A stretch of 37,426 bases of DNA from an uncultured bacterium (GTDB lineage: Bacteria; DYJV01): contig CAZIZE010000033.1 in NCBI GenBank assembly GCA_964543655.1, forward strand, positions 1 to 37,426, read 5' to 3'. Positions 1 through 7,785 of the stretch are shown here, one piece after another. Within the stretch, counting starts at the first letter, position 1, and every line of letters begins with the position of its first letter. The notes beneath the pieces are model-generated. The model was not told where the DNA came from. It searched no databases and saw nothing but the letters and a program-made list of their open reading frames with translations. The position numbers were made by a program, and so were the translations under genes.

Positions 1-519
1 TTCCCATTGTGCAAATACAATGACAAACCCTATATTTTGGAGCATTTTCTAATGGTTACCAATGATGTTGCAATGGTAATGGGAAGGGAATTCTGGGGAG
101 ATGCAAAAAAACTATGCTATACTGAGTGGATATGGGAAGGGAATGAGGTGGTGGTAAATGTTGAAAGACCTAAGAAGTTAACCTTATTAAAAGCTCATTT
201 TAGAATTGAAAAACAGGTATCACTTGAAGAATTAAATTATCACAACTACCCATGCCTTGCTCTTAAATATATACCATCATGTGAAAAGGATAAAGAACCA
301 GATGTATATCAATATATTGAGGGAAATCTTGAAATAATTCCACCTGCAAGTGGAAAAATTGAAGTATGGCAGGGCACTGGTTCAATATGGATGCCTTCTC
401 CAACAGATGTTATACCTGTTTATAAACTAAAACCCAAAAAGATTTTAGGTTCATACTATATTAGATGCGGTTTTAAAATGGATTATGCAAAGGTTGTTAA
501 AAATTTTTTGGAAGAGTAA
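1..519 (+). CDS. Acetoacetate decarboxylase (ADC)-family protein, 5'-truncated by the window edge
   Basis: The frame is open from base 1 (TTC CCA TTG...), so the listed start at 7 is probably internal. GREFWGDAKK matches the ADC-family GRE-x-W-G-x-(P)-K-K motif with the Schiff-base Lys; LKYIPS is also family-typical. Confidence 0.7.
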   Translation, partial: FPLCKYNDKPYILEHFLMVTNDVAMVMGREFWGDAKKLCYTEWIWEGNEVVVNVERPKKLTLLKAHFRIEKQVSLEELNYHNYPCLALKYIPSCEKDKEPDVYQYIEGNLEIIPPASGKIEVWQGTGSIWMPSPTDVIPVYKLKPKKILGSYYIRCGFKMDYAKVVKNFLEE

Positions 520-522
520 CTT

Positions 523-674
523 AGTGCTGAGTGCGTAGTAAATAGTGCGTAGTATGTAGTATACAGTGAATAGTGGGTAGTAAAAGGCAAAAGGCGAAGG
601 GATAAGGGGTAAAAATTTAATAATTTTAATTACTTATACAAAATACAGGTTGAAGGAGGAAGGTTGAAGGTAGA
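523..674 (+). repeat. Degenerate 7-nt tandem arrays (AGTNNNN x9, GGNNAAR x4, AGGNNGA x4)
   Basis: 523-585: agtgctg agtgcgt agtaaat agtgcgt agtatgt agtatac agtgaat agtgggt agtaaaa. 586-613: ggcaaaa ggcgaag ggataag gggtaaa. 647-674: aggttga aggagga aggttga aggtaga. Confidence 0.85.
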
Positions 675-753
675 AGAAATCAATAATTTTAATAATTTAA
701 AAATAGGAAATATAACATTTTAAATAGAAAATTGTATAAAATAGAGGGCTAAA

Positions 754-2781
754 ATGCCAAAAAAAGAAATTATTACAGATTGCACTTTATGTTATCATAG
801 TTGCGGAACAGTGGTTACAGTAGAAGATGGTGTGGCAAAAAAAATTAGAGGATTAAAATCTCATCCTTTAAGTAAAGGAAAATTATGCCCAAAAGGAGCA
901 AATGCACTTGAAATAGTATATTCAGAAGAAAGATTAAAAAAGCCTTTAAAAAGAGAAGGGGATAAATTTGTAGAAATTAGCTGGGATAAGGCGCTTACTG
1001 AAATATCTGAAAAATTAAAAGAAATTATTAATAAATATGGTGCAGACACAATAGCTGCTTTTTCAGGATCAATAGGTGTTGAAAATTATGAGATGAGTAC
1101 TCTTGTGCACCTATTTCTTGGTTCTATAGGCTCTCCTAACTTTTTCTCAGTTGAGAGTATATGTTATAGAATGAGGATTTTAGCAAGACAAGTTGTACTT
1201 GGTAGATATTTTGTAGAAGAACCTGATTCTAATTTATATATCCTGTGGGGTCATAATCCTCATGCTTCTGATTTTCCATTAAAAAATTTTATTGAAGAGA
1301 ATTTAAAAAAAGGAGCTAAATTAATAGTAATAGATCCCAAAGAGATTCCATTTGCTAAGAAAGCTGATTTATATGTAAAAATTAGGCCTGGGACTGATTT
1401 AGCATTAGCTTTGGCATTAATAAATGTAATAATTAATGAGAATCTTTACGATAAAGAATTTGTTGAAAATTACACCTATGGTTTTGAGGAATTAAAGAGA
1501 TATGCTGAAAAATTTACGCCAGAGTGGGCTGAAAAAATAACATTGATAAAAGCTGATGATATTGTACAGTTAGCTGAGCTTTATTCATCAATAAAGGGAG
1601 CATCTATTCATCAGGGTATATGCTCTCTTGATCAAACAAAAAATGGATTTTACAACAGCATAGCTCTCTCAATACTTCAAACGCTTACAGGGAATATAAA
1701 TATCCCAGGTGGATGGGTATATTCACCTGCTCCAAGACTTGGATATTTTAGTGCAAAATCCTTAAAAAAACCTTTAGGTCCAGATAAATATCCACTGTTT
1801 TATGAATTATTTGGTAAAAAAACATCTTGTGGAGTGGTTTCCCTTGTACCAGATGCAATTAATGAAGGAAAAATAAAAGCATTTTTTGTAGTAGGAGGCA
1901 ATCCATTAATCACAATGCCAGATTCAAATGATTTTAGAGATGCTTTTGAGAAATTGGAGCTTTTGGTGGTAAATGATTTATTTTTAACAGAAACAGCAAA
2001 AAAAGCTCATTATGTTCTTCCTGCATGCTCACATCTTGAAAAATGGGGAGTTGCATACACATATAATGTGTGTCATTCATTGCCATTTTTAATGTTAAGA
2101 AAGAAATGTATTGAGCCTTTATATGAATCATGGTCAGAGTGGAGATTTTTCACAGAACTTGCAAAGAAATTAGGAATTGAAGATAATTTTCCATGGTCAA
2201 CAGAAGAGGAATTTGTAAGTGAAATTATAAAGCCAACAGGCTACAGTTTTGATTATCTTTTAAAAGAAAAACCAGAAGGCATATTTTACAATGAGAAAAA
2301 GTATGAAAAACCAGATAGATTATTTAAAACTTCAACCAATAAAATAGAGTTGTATTCTAAACTTCTTGAACAATTTGGATTTAATCCATTTCCAGAGTAT
2401 GAAGAGCCTTTAAATGAGAGTTTGAAAAAAGATTATCCTTTAATTTTAACAGTAGGCAATAGAAATTTGTACTTTACCCATTCTCAGCATAGACAAAGTT
2501 CTACATTGTTAAAACTCTATCCTGAACCTGCAGCAGAGATTAATCCTGATACAGCAAAAGAATATAAAGTAGAAGATGGAGAAAAAGTAAATATAGTTAC
2601 TCATAGAGGAAAAATTACAATTAAAATTAAGCTAAATTCAGAAGTTATGCCAAATGTGATTTTAGTGCCACATGGATGGAGTGGTGAAGCAAATGGTAAT
2701 ATAGTTACAGATAGAAATTTAAGAGAAAAGTTTTTTGGTTATCCTGAATTTCAATCACTTCAAGCAAAGATAGAAAAATGA
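754..2781 (+). CDS. Cytoplasmic Mo/W-bisPGD (DMSO reductase/MopB superfamily) oxidoreductase with N-terminal [4Fe-4S] cluster
   Basis: CTLCYHSC...LCPKG Fe-S motif; ISWDKAL; ILWGHNP; IRPGTDLALAL; DLFLTETAKKAHYVLPA; C-terminal HSQH/AEINPDTA molybdopterin-dinucleotide domain. No Tat signal. Candidate Cys metal ligand in ESIC. Confidence 0.9.
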   Translation: MPKKEIITDCTLCYHSCGTVVTVEDGVAKKIRGLKSHPLSKGKLCPKGANALEIVYSEERLKKPLKREGDKFVEISWDKALTEISEKLKEIINKYGADTIAAFSGSIGVENYEMSTLVHLFLGSIGSPNFFSVESICYRMRILARQVVLGRYFVEEPDSNLYILWGHNPHASDFPLKNFIEENLKKGAKLIVIDPKEIPFAKKADLYVKIRPGTDLALALALINVIINENLYDKEFVENYTYGFEELKRYAEKFTPEWAEKITLIKADDIVQLAELYSSIKGASIHQGICSLDQTKNGFYNSIALSILQTLTGNINIPGGWVYSPAPRLGYFSAKSLKKPLGPDKYPLFYELFGKKTSCGVVSLVPDAINEGKIKAFFVVGGNPLITMPDSNDFRDAFEKLELLVVNDLFLTETAKKAHYVLPACSHLEKWGVAYTYNVCHSLPFLMLRKKCIEPLYESWSEWRFFTELAKKLGIEDNFPWSTEEEFVSEIIKPTGYSFDYLLKEKPEGIFYNEKKYEKPDRLFKTSTNKIELYSKLLEQFGFNPFPEYEEPLNESLKKDYPLILTVGNRNLYFTHSQHRQSSTLLKLYPEPAAEINPDTAKEYKVEDGEKVNIVTHRGKITIKIKLNSEVMPNVILVPHGWSGEANGNIVTDRNLREKFFGYPEFQSLQAKIEK

Positions 2782-4712
2782 GTAAATATCTTGAAATAGA
2801 TCTTTCAACAGGAAATATAGAAAAAAATGAAATACCTCCAGACATATATGAACTTCATTTGGGAGGAATAGGATACTCTGTAAGAGAATTATGGCATAGA
2901 ACAACTCCAGATATGGATCCATTTTCAGAAGATAATGTTATAATATTTAGCCCAGGATTATTATGTGGAACTCTTGCTATAGGAGCAAATAGAACAATAA
3001 TTGCCTCAATATCACCTCAAACTAAATTAACAGGTTTTTCAATAATTGGAGGTTTTTGGGGACCTGAGTTAAAATATGCAGGTTATGAGTATCTAATTGT
3101 AAAAGGCAAAGCAGAAAAGCTATCATACATTTACATTTATAACGATAAAGTTGAGATAGTAGAAGCTGAGCATTTGAGAGGTCTTAGCACATACAATACA
3201 ATTGAACAGTTAAAAAATGAATTAAAAAATCCAGATATAAAAGTTCTTGCAATAGGACTTGCAGGTGAAAATAGAGTATATTTTGCATCAATTGAATGTG
3301 CCAAAAGTAGTGCAAGTAGATTGGGCCTTGGCGCTGTAATGGGAAGTAAAAATTTAAAAGCTGTTGCAGTGAGAGGCACAAAAGATATTTATATGCATAA
3401 CCCTTTAAAATTAATTGAAGAATGCAATAAAGTGAGAAAATTTATTGATTATAGAATGAAAAATCCATTAAAAGGAGTAATGGCAATACATGCTTTTATA
3501 GGTTCACCTCAAGAAATGAGAGTAGATGATGAAAAATGGCATACAACAAACTTTGCATGGGGAAATGCAAGAGTGCGAAGAAAGGATTTATGGAATGAAA
3601 AGATAGCAAAAGAGTGGGAAGAAACTCTGCATAAAGCACGAAAAAGATTTGTAGGATGTTATAATTGTGGAGTTGCATGCTCAGCAATTATTGAAATTCC
3701 TGGATATCCAACTTATGTAATGAAATGTTTTTCTAAACTAACCTATGTATTTGCAGCTATGGTTGATAATTTAGATTTTGGATTAAGAATTGCCTCAATA
3801 GCACAGAGTTATGGTGTAGATGGATATTCAACACCACAGGTAATAGCATTTGCACTTGAGTTATATGAAAACGGCATTTTAACAGATAATGATTTAAAAG
3901 GTATGCCAAAAGATAAAGAAGGTCAGTTTTTCTGGTTACTTGATAAAATAGTAAAAAGAGAAGGAATAGGAGATATTTTAGCAGATGGAGTCTATTGGGC
4001 AGCAAGAAAAATCGGTAAAGGTGCAGAGAAATTTGATCACAATACAATAAAGAAGCATGAGCAGATACCAATAAAATTAGGTAGATTAAATCCAATATAT
4101 TTTTTAATGTGGTCAACAGGAGAAAAAGCTAATATTACTCAAATTGAAGGGCAAATTCCTCAGTCACCATTACCCAAAGAGTATAGAGAAGAATTTGTAA
4201 AAGATTGGATTCAAATTCCAACTGGTAAAGAAGAAAGATTTAAAAATTTTATTTTAAAATGGGGAGATAAAGGTACAGAATTTCCATTTTGGCCCTCAAT
4301 AGATTTAATATGTGAACTTGTAGAGTGGCAAGAAACAATGCATTATATAGATGATACTCTTGGATTATGTGCTGGATTATCATCATTTGCTTACAAACCA
4401 CCATACCATATTCACAATTTACCAATAATTGTTAACAGTGCAACTGGCATTGAAATGGATGAGGATAAGCTCTGGAATACTGCTGTTAGGAATAGAACTC
4501 TTTTAAGAATGTTAAATATAAGGCGAGGATTAAAAAGAGAAGATGAAAAACCACCAGAAGATCATTGGAAAAGAAGATATCCTGAGTACGAAAAAAAATT
4601 GCTTGATGAGTATTACAAATACAGAGGATGGGATGAAAATGGTATCCCAACTGAGGAAACATTGAAAAAATTAAACTTAGAAAGAACTTTGCACAGTGCT
4701 TTTAACTGTTAA
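2778..4712 (+). CDS. bamB: Tungsten bis-pterin AOR-family enzyme of the BamB type (class II benzoyl-CoA reductase catalytic subunit)
   Basis: AOR motifs GGFWGPELKYAGY and GAVMGSKNLKAVAVRG, plus BamB-specific stretches SPQEM..DEKWHT.NF.WGNAR.RRKD, CYNC, YVMKCFSKLTY, NITQIEGQ, WQE.MHYIDD.LG.CAGLSSF..KPPYHIHN, recognised from Geobacter BamB. ATGA overlap with the upstream gene. Confidence 0.85.
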   Translation: MSKYLEIDLSTGNIEKNEIPPDIYELHLGGIGYSVRELWHRTTPDMDPFSEDNVIIFSPGLLCGTLAIGANRTIIASISPQTKLTGFSIIGGFWGPELKYAGYEYLIVKGKAEKLSYIYIYNDKVEIVEAEHLRGLSTYNTIEQLKNELKNPDIKVLAIGLAGENRVYFASIECAKSSASRLGLGAVMGSKNLKAVAVRGTKDIYMHNPLKLIEECNKVRKFIDYRMKNPLKGVMAIHAFIGSPQEMRVDDEKWHTTNFAWGNARVRRKDLWNEKIAKEWEETLHKARKRFVGCYNCGVACSAIIEIPGYPTYVMKCFSKLTYVFAAMVDNLDFGLRIASIAQSYGVDGYSTPQVIAFALELYENGILTDNDLKGMPKDKEGQFFWLLDKIVKREGIGDILADGVYWAARKIGKGAEKFDHNTIKKHEQIPIKLGRLNPIYFLMWSTGEKANITQIEGQIPQSPLPKEYREEFVKDWIQIPTGKEERFKNFILKWGDKGTEFPFWPSIDLICELVEWQETMHYIDDTLGLCAGLSSFAYKPPYHIHNLPIIVNSATGIEMDEDKLWNTAVRNRTLLRMLNIRRGLKREDEKPPEDHWKRRYPEYEKKLLDEYYKYRGWDENGIPTEETLKKLNLERTLHSAFNC

Positions 4713-4793
4713 TAAGATTTTTGTTTAATATTAAGAAGTTATAAACTCTACAGTTGCTGCAATCCTTCAGATATTATGTATGCCCCCAGAAAA

Positions 4794-4948
4794 GTCATTC
4801 TGAGCCTGAGCAAAAGCGAAGGGGAAAAATCCATTGTGGCAAATACTTTTACTTATTTATCAATTTTATAAAATAGCATACTTGTTAATGCTAATACAAA
4901 ACTAACCTTGAAGCAAGGAATTTTTCGGGCTGAAGCCGTCAAAATGAC
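4794..4948. repeat. Intergenic inverted-repeat (REP/MITE-like) cruciform element with GTCATT...AATGAC ends
   Basis: Left arm GTCATTCTGAGCCTGAGCAAAAGCGAAGGGGAAAAATCC (4794-4832); right arm GGAATTTTTCGGGCTGAAGCCGTCAAAATGAC (4917-4948). Outer 10 bp pair 9/10, inner GAAAAATCC pairs with GGAATTTTTC, and there are small side hairpins. Confidence 0.7.
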
Positions 4949-5125
4949 AGCTTTTATGGTAAACAAGAACACTTATCAAAAAATCATTATTGAGTTTTAA
5001 ATTTGTTTTTGTATTATTTATGTGTCTTTCAACGTTGACCTATAAACTTTGAACCGCAAACTTATATTATAACTATTTGTTTTTACATATATTTATTTTA
5101 TAAAATTTTATTATTCTTTTTTATA

Positions 5126-5154
5126 TTGCCTTTTGTTGTTATATGTATTAATTT
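5126..5154 (+). promoter_or_regulatory. Putative sigma70 promoter (TTGCCT-17-TAATTT) for the glycosyltransferase
   Basis: -35 at 5126-5131 and -10 at 5149-5154; the ATG follows at 5161 with no Shine-Dalgarno. AT-rich background lowers specificity. Confidence 0.4.
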
Positions 5155-5160
5155 TTTAAT

Positions 5161-6843
5161 ATGAATTTATTACTTGTTGGTAATATAGAATTTCAACAAT
5201 ATTTTAAAAAATTAGGTTATAAAGTTTTCACATCTTCTTTTTCAGAACAATCTGACTTTCCAATTAGCAACTTAAAATTTAAATTATCTGAAATTTGCAA
5301 AAAAAATAAAATAGATGTATTATTACAAGTTGAAAGCCTTGGGAAAAGGGAAATTATTCTTGATTTACCTGAAATTAACTGTTTAAAAATTTTTTATGCT
5401 GTTGATATTCACTTAAATTATTTCTGGCAAAAACTTTATGCTCAAAATTTTAATATTCTAATTTCCTCTCAAAAAAATTATTCTGAAAAATATAAAAGAG
5501 ATACTGGCAATATTTCCTATTGGCTCCCCTGGGGTATTAATCCAGTTTTTGTAAAAGAATTTATTCCTCATAAAAGTAGAAAACACTTAATAGCATTTAT
5601 TGGAACTATTGATAGCAGCAGAGTAAAAAGAAAAAACATCATTGATATAATAAAATCAAAATTTGATATTTTTATTGCAGGTAATACTCCTTCAAATAGA
5701 TTATCTACTCAGGAAGTTATTCAGATATATAGAAATTCTAAAATAGTTATTAATGAATCTATTAACAGTGAAATCAATTTTAGATATTTTGAAGCTACTT
5801 CATCAGGGGCCTTACTATTTACTGAAAAAATAGACAATGGCGAGGAAACTCTCTTTAAAGAGGATAAAGAGTTCATTAGATTTAATCAGGAAAATCTTAT
5901 TGAAAAGCTTGATTTTTTTATAAAAAATCCAGAAATATCAGAGAAAATAGCTCTAACTGGCTATAATAATACCATTAACCACCACACTATCTCAAAAAGA
6001 GTAGAAACTTTAAGTAAAATAATTTTGGAAAATTTATCTATAAAAACATCAAAAAATTCTAACAAATTAATAGAAGAAACCTTATTTTTTATAATCCTCA
6101 GGGGCATTGGAGACCAATCATACGTTCCAATTTGTAAAAATTTATTATTCAGTGCTACTTCCTTTAATGAGCTTTTTATACTTGCACAATTTGCATTTAT
6201 AAAAAAGAATAGTATTGAAGATGCTATTAATTTTATAGGTAAACATTATACAAATTACCCTTCAAATTTACTGCTTGCTAATATAGTACTTTCTTTTATT
6301 GAAAATAATGAAATTGAAAGAGCACTTAATCTTTTGAAAAGTAAAAGTATAGAAAGTGGGATAGTAAAATTAATTGAAAACTTAATTAAAGAGCAGAAAG
6401 ATTATTTAATAGGTTTTGTTAATTACTCAAAATTTAATGTAATTTTAACAGGTTTTGAGCTGATAACTTTTATGTTTAAGAAATATTATAATAACTCATT
6501 AAAAAGTAGGAAGCTAAACTATCTTGCTGCTAAAATTTTAATGAATAACAGAAATTTTTCTGGTGCTATCTGGTACCTTTTAAATAATGTTAGATACTAT
6601 CCTGATGATATTCTTTCAAGGAAAATGCTTGCAAAATGTTTTTATGAAGTTTATTCTTTAGAACTTTATACTCTTGAAACTTTAAAAATTATGATACTTG
6701 AAAGAGAGTTCGGAAAATTTAAAACCCATACAGAATCCAGCCTAAATCAGAAAAAAGAAGCAATTCTTGATATTATTACCCATTCTCACAATAAAAAATT
6801 AATTAAAGATATAACTGTAAAACTTGAAGAATTTATAAATTAA
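5161..6843 (+). CDS. CgeB/YkvP-like GT-B glycosyltransferase with helical (TPR-like) C-terminal region
   Basis: IAFIG...YRNSKIVINES...INFRYFEATSSGALLFTE...IALTGY...HT...RV is the CgeB-type nucleotide-sugar-binding domain pattern; the C-terminal half is helical and of unknown function. Confidence 0.7.
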   Translation: MNLLLVGNIEFQQYFKKLGYKVFTSSFSEQSDFPISNLKFKLSEICKKNKIDVLLQVESLGKREIILDLPEINCLKIFYAVDIHLNYFWQKLYAQNFNILISSQKNYSEKYKRDTGNISYWLPWGINPVFVKEFIPHKSRKHLIAFIGTIDSSRVKRKNIIDIIKSKFDIFIAGNTPSNRLSTQEVIQIYRNSKIVINESINSEINFRYFEATSSGALLFTEKIDNGEETLFKEDKEFIRFNQENLIEKLDFFIKNPEISEKIALTGYNNTINHHTISKRVETLSKIILENLSIKTSKNSNKLIEETLFFIILRGIGDQSYVPICKNLLFSATSFNELFILAQFAFIKKNSIEDAINFIGKHYTNYPSNLLLANIVLSFIENNEIERALNLLKSKSIESGIVKLIENLIKEQKDYLIGFVNYSKFNVILTGFELITFMFKKYYNNSLKSRKLNYLAAKILMNNRNFSGAIWYLLNNVRYYPDDILSRKMLAKCFYEVYSLELYTLETLKIMILEREFGKFKTHTESSLNQKKEAILDIITHSHNKKLIKDITVKLEEFIN

Positions 6844-6851
6844 AAAAATAT

Positions 6852-6880
6852 TTGACATATATACTTTTGTCTGATAAGGG
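6852..6880 (+). promoter_or_regulatory. Putative panBCD promoter
   Basis: Perfect TTGACA at 6852-6857, TG at 6872-6873, weak -10 TAAGGG at 6875-6880. The predicted start coincides with the 5' end of the pan hairpin. Confidence 0.45.
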
Positions 6881-6886
6881 ACTGTA

Positions 6887-6913
6887 CCGCCTGGATCTTA
6901 GCGACCGGGACGG
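6887..6913 (+). ncRNA. pan RNA motif-like cis-regulatory hairpin (single copy)
   Basis: CCG-CCTGG-A-TC-ttagc-GA-CCGGG-A-CGG: a GC-rich stem with two bulged adenosines directly upstream of panB, which are the defining features of the pan motif. Confidence 0.75.
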
Positions 6914-6961
6914 AAGGCACTATTTAATGAATTTTAATCTAAAGTAGAGGATAATATATAT

Positions 6962-6990
6962 AGCCTTCCGTTTTGCGGAAGGCTTTTTTT
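6962..6990 (+). terminator. Intrinsic terminator (attenuator) in the panB leader
   Basis: AGCCTTCCGT-TTT-GCGGAAGGCT followed by a T-run to 6990, 12 nt before the panB ATG. Confidence 0.85.
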
Positions 6991-7002
6991 ATGGGAGAAA
7001 AT

Positions 7003-7785
7003 ATGAAAATCACAACAACTACTTTAAAAGCAAAGAAAGAAAAACATGAAAAAATAACCATGCTTACAGCTTATGACTATGCTTTTGCTAAAATTGTAGA
7101 TGAAGCTGGAATAGACATTATTTTGGTAGGAGATTCACTTGGAATGGTCTTTTGTGGTGATGATAATACCATTGGGGTCACATTGGAGCAGATGATCTAT
7201 CATGCAAAAGCAGTTAGAAAAGGTGCCCAAAATGCACATGTTGTAATTGATCTTCCTTTTCTCACCTACAATGTCTCTATTGAAAAAAGTATAGAAAATG
7301 CAGGTAGAGCAATTAAAGAATCTAAAGCTGAGTCAGTAAAACTTGAAGGTGGAGTAAATGTAGCTGAAACAATTAATGCTATAACCAATGCAGGAATACC
7401 AGTAATGGGGCATATTGGTTTAACTCCACAATATATACATCAGCTTGGTGGTTTTAAAATACAAAAAGAGAGAGAAAAGCTTATTAAAGATGCAAAAGCT
7501 GTTGAAGAGGCTGGAGCTTTTGCTATTGTACTTGAGTGTATTCCAGAGGAGATAGCAAAAGAAATCACTACTACTCTTAATATTCCCACAATAGGTATTG
7601 GTGCAGGAATGTATTGTGATGGCCAGGTACTTGTAATAAATGACCTGCTTGGACTTTTTGACAAGTTTGTACCTAAATTTGTCAAACAATACACAAATTT
7701 GAAAAATCAAGCTAATAAAGCAATTGAAGAATTTATTTATGAAGTAAAAAATGGGAAATTTCCTTCAAAGGAGCATACTTTTTAA
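7003..7785 (+). CDS. panB: 3-methyl-2-oxobutanoate hydroxymethyltransferase
   Basis: KITMLTAYDY, ILVGDSLGMV, VKLEGG, MGHIGLTPQ, IGIGAG..CDGQVLV. Start moved to ATG 7003 (GGAG at 6994-6997) because the listed TTG lies in the terminator. Confidence 0.97.
   Translation: MKITTTTLKAKKEKHEKITMLTAYDYAFAKIVDEAGIDIILVGDSLGMVFCGDDNTIGVTLEQMIYHAKAVRKGAQNAHVVIDLPFLTYNVSIEKSIENAGRAIKESKAESVKLEGGVNVAETINAITNAGIPVMGHIGLTPQYIHQLGGFKIQKEREKLIKDAKAVEEAGAFAIVLECIPEEIAKEITTTLNIPTIGIGAGMYCDGQVLVINDLLGLFDKFVPKFVKQYTNLKNQANKAIEEFIYEVKNGKFPSKEHTF

Noticed and set aside
523-674. CRISPR array
   Set aside because: Units are 7 nt and contiguous, with no 25-40 nt repeats, unique spacers or cas genes.
754-2781. Acetylene hydratase, formate dehydrogenase or nitrate reductase assignment
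   Set aside because: The residue after the second Fe-S Cys is Tyr (CTLCYHSC), not the catalytic Asp of acetylene hydratase. There is no C/U-H formate dehydrogenase motif, no in-frame TGA and no Tat signal. Left as an unassigned MopB enzyme.
2778-4712. Generic aldehyde:ferredoxin oxidoreductase
   Set aside because: It carries BamB-specific motifs (DEKWH, MKCF, NITQIEGQ, KPPYHIHN) that ordinary AORs lack.
6973-7002. Listed TTG start of panB
   Set aside because: It lies inside the terminator hairpin; ATG 7003 has an SD and matches PanB N-termini.
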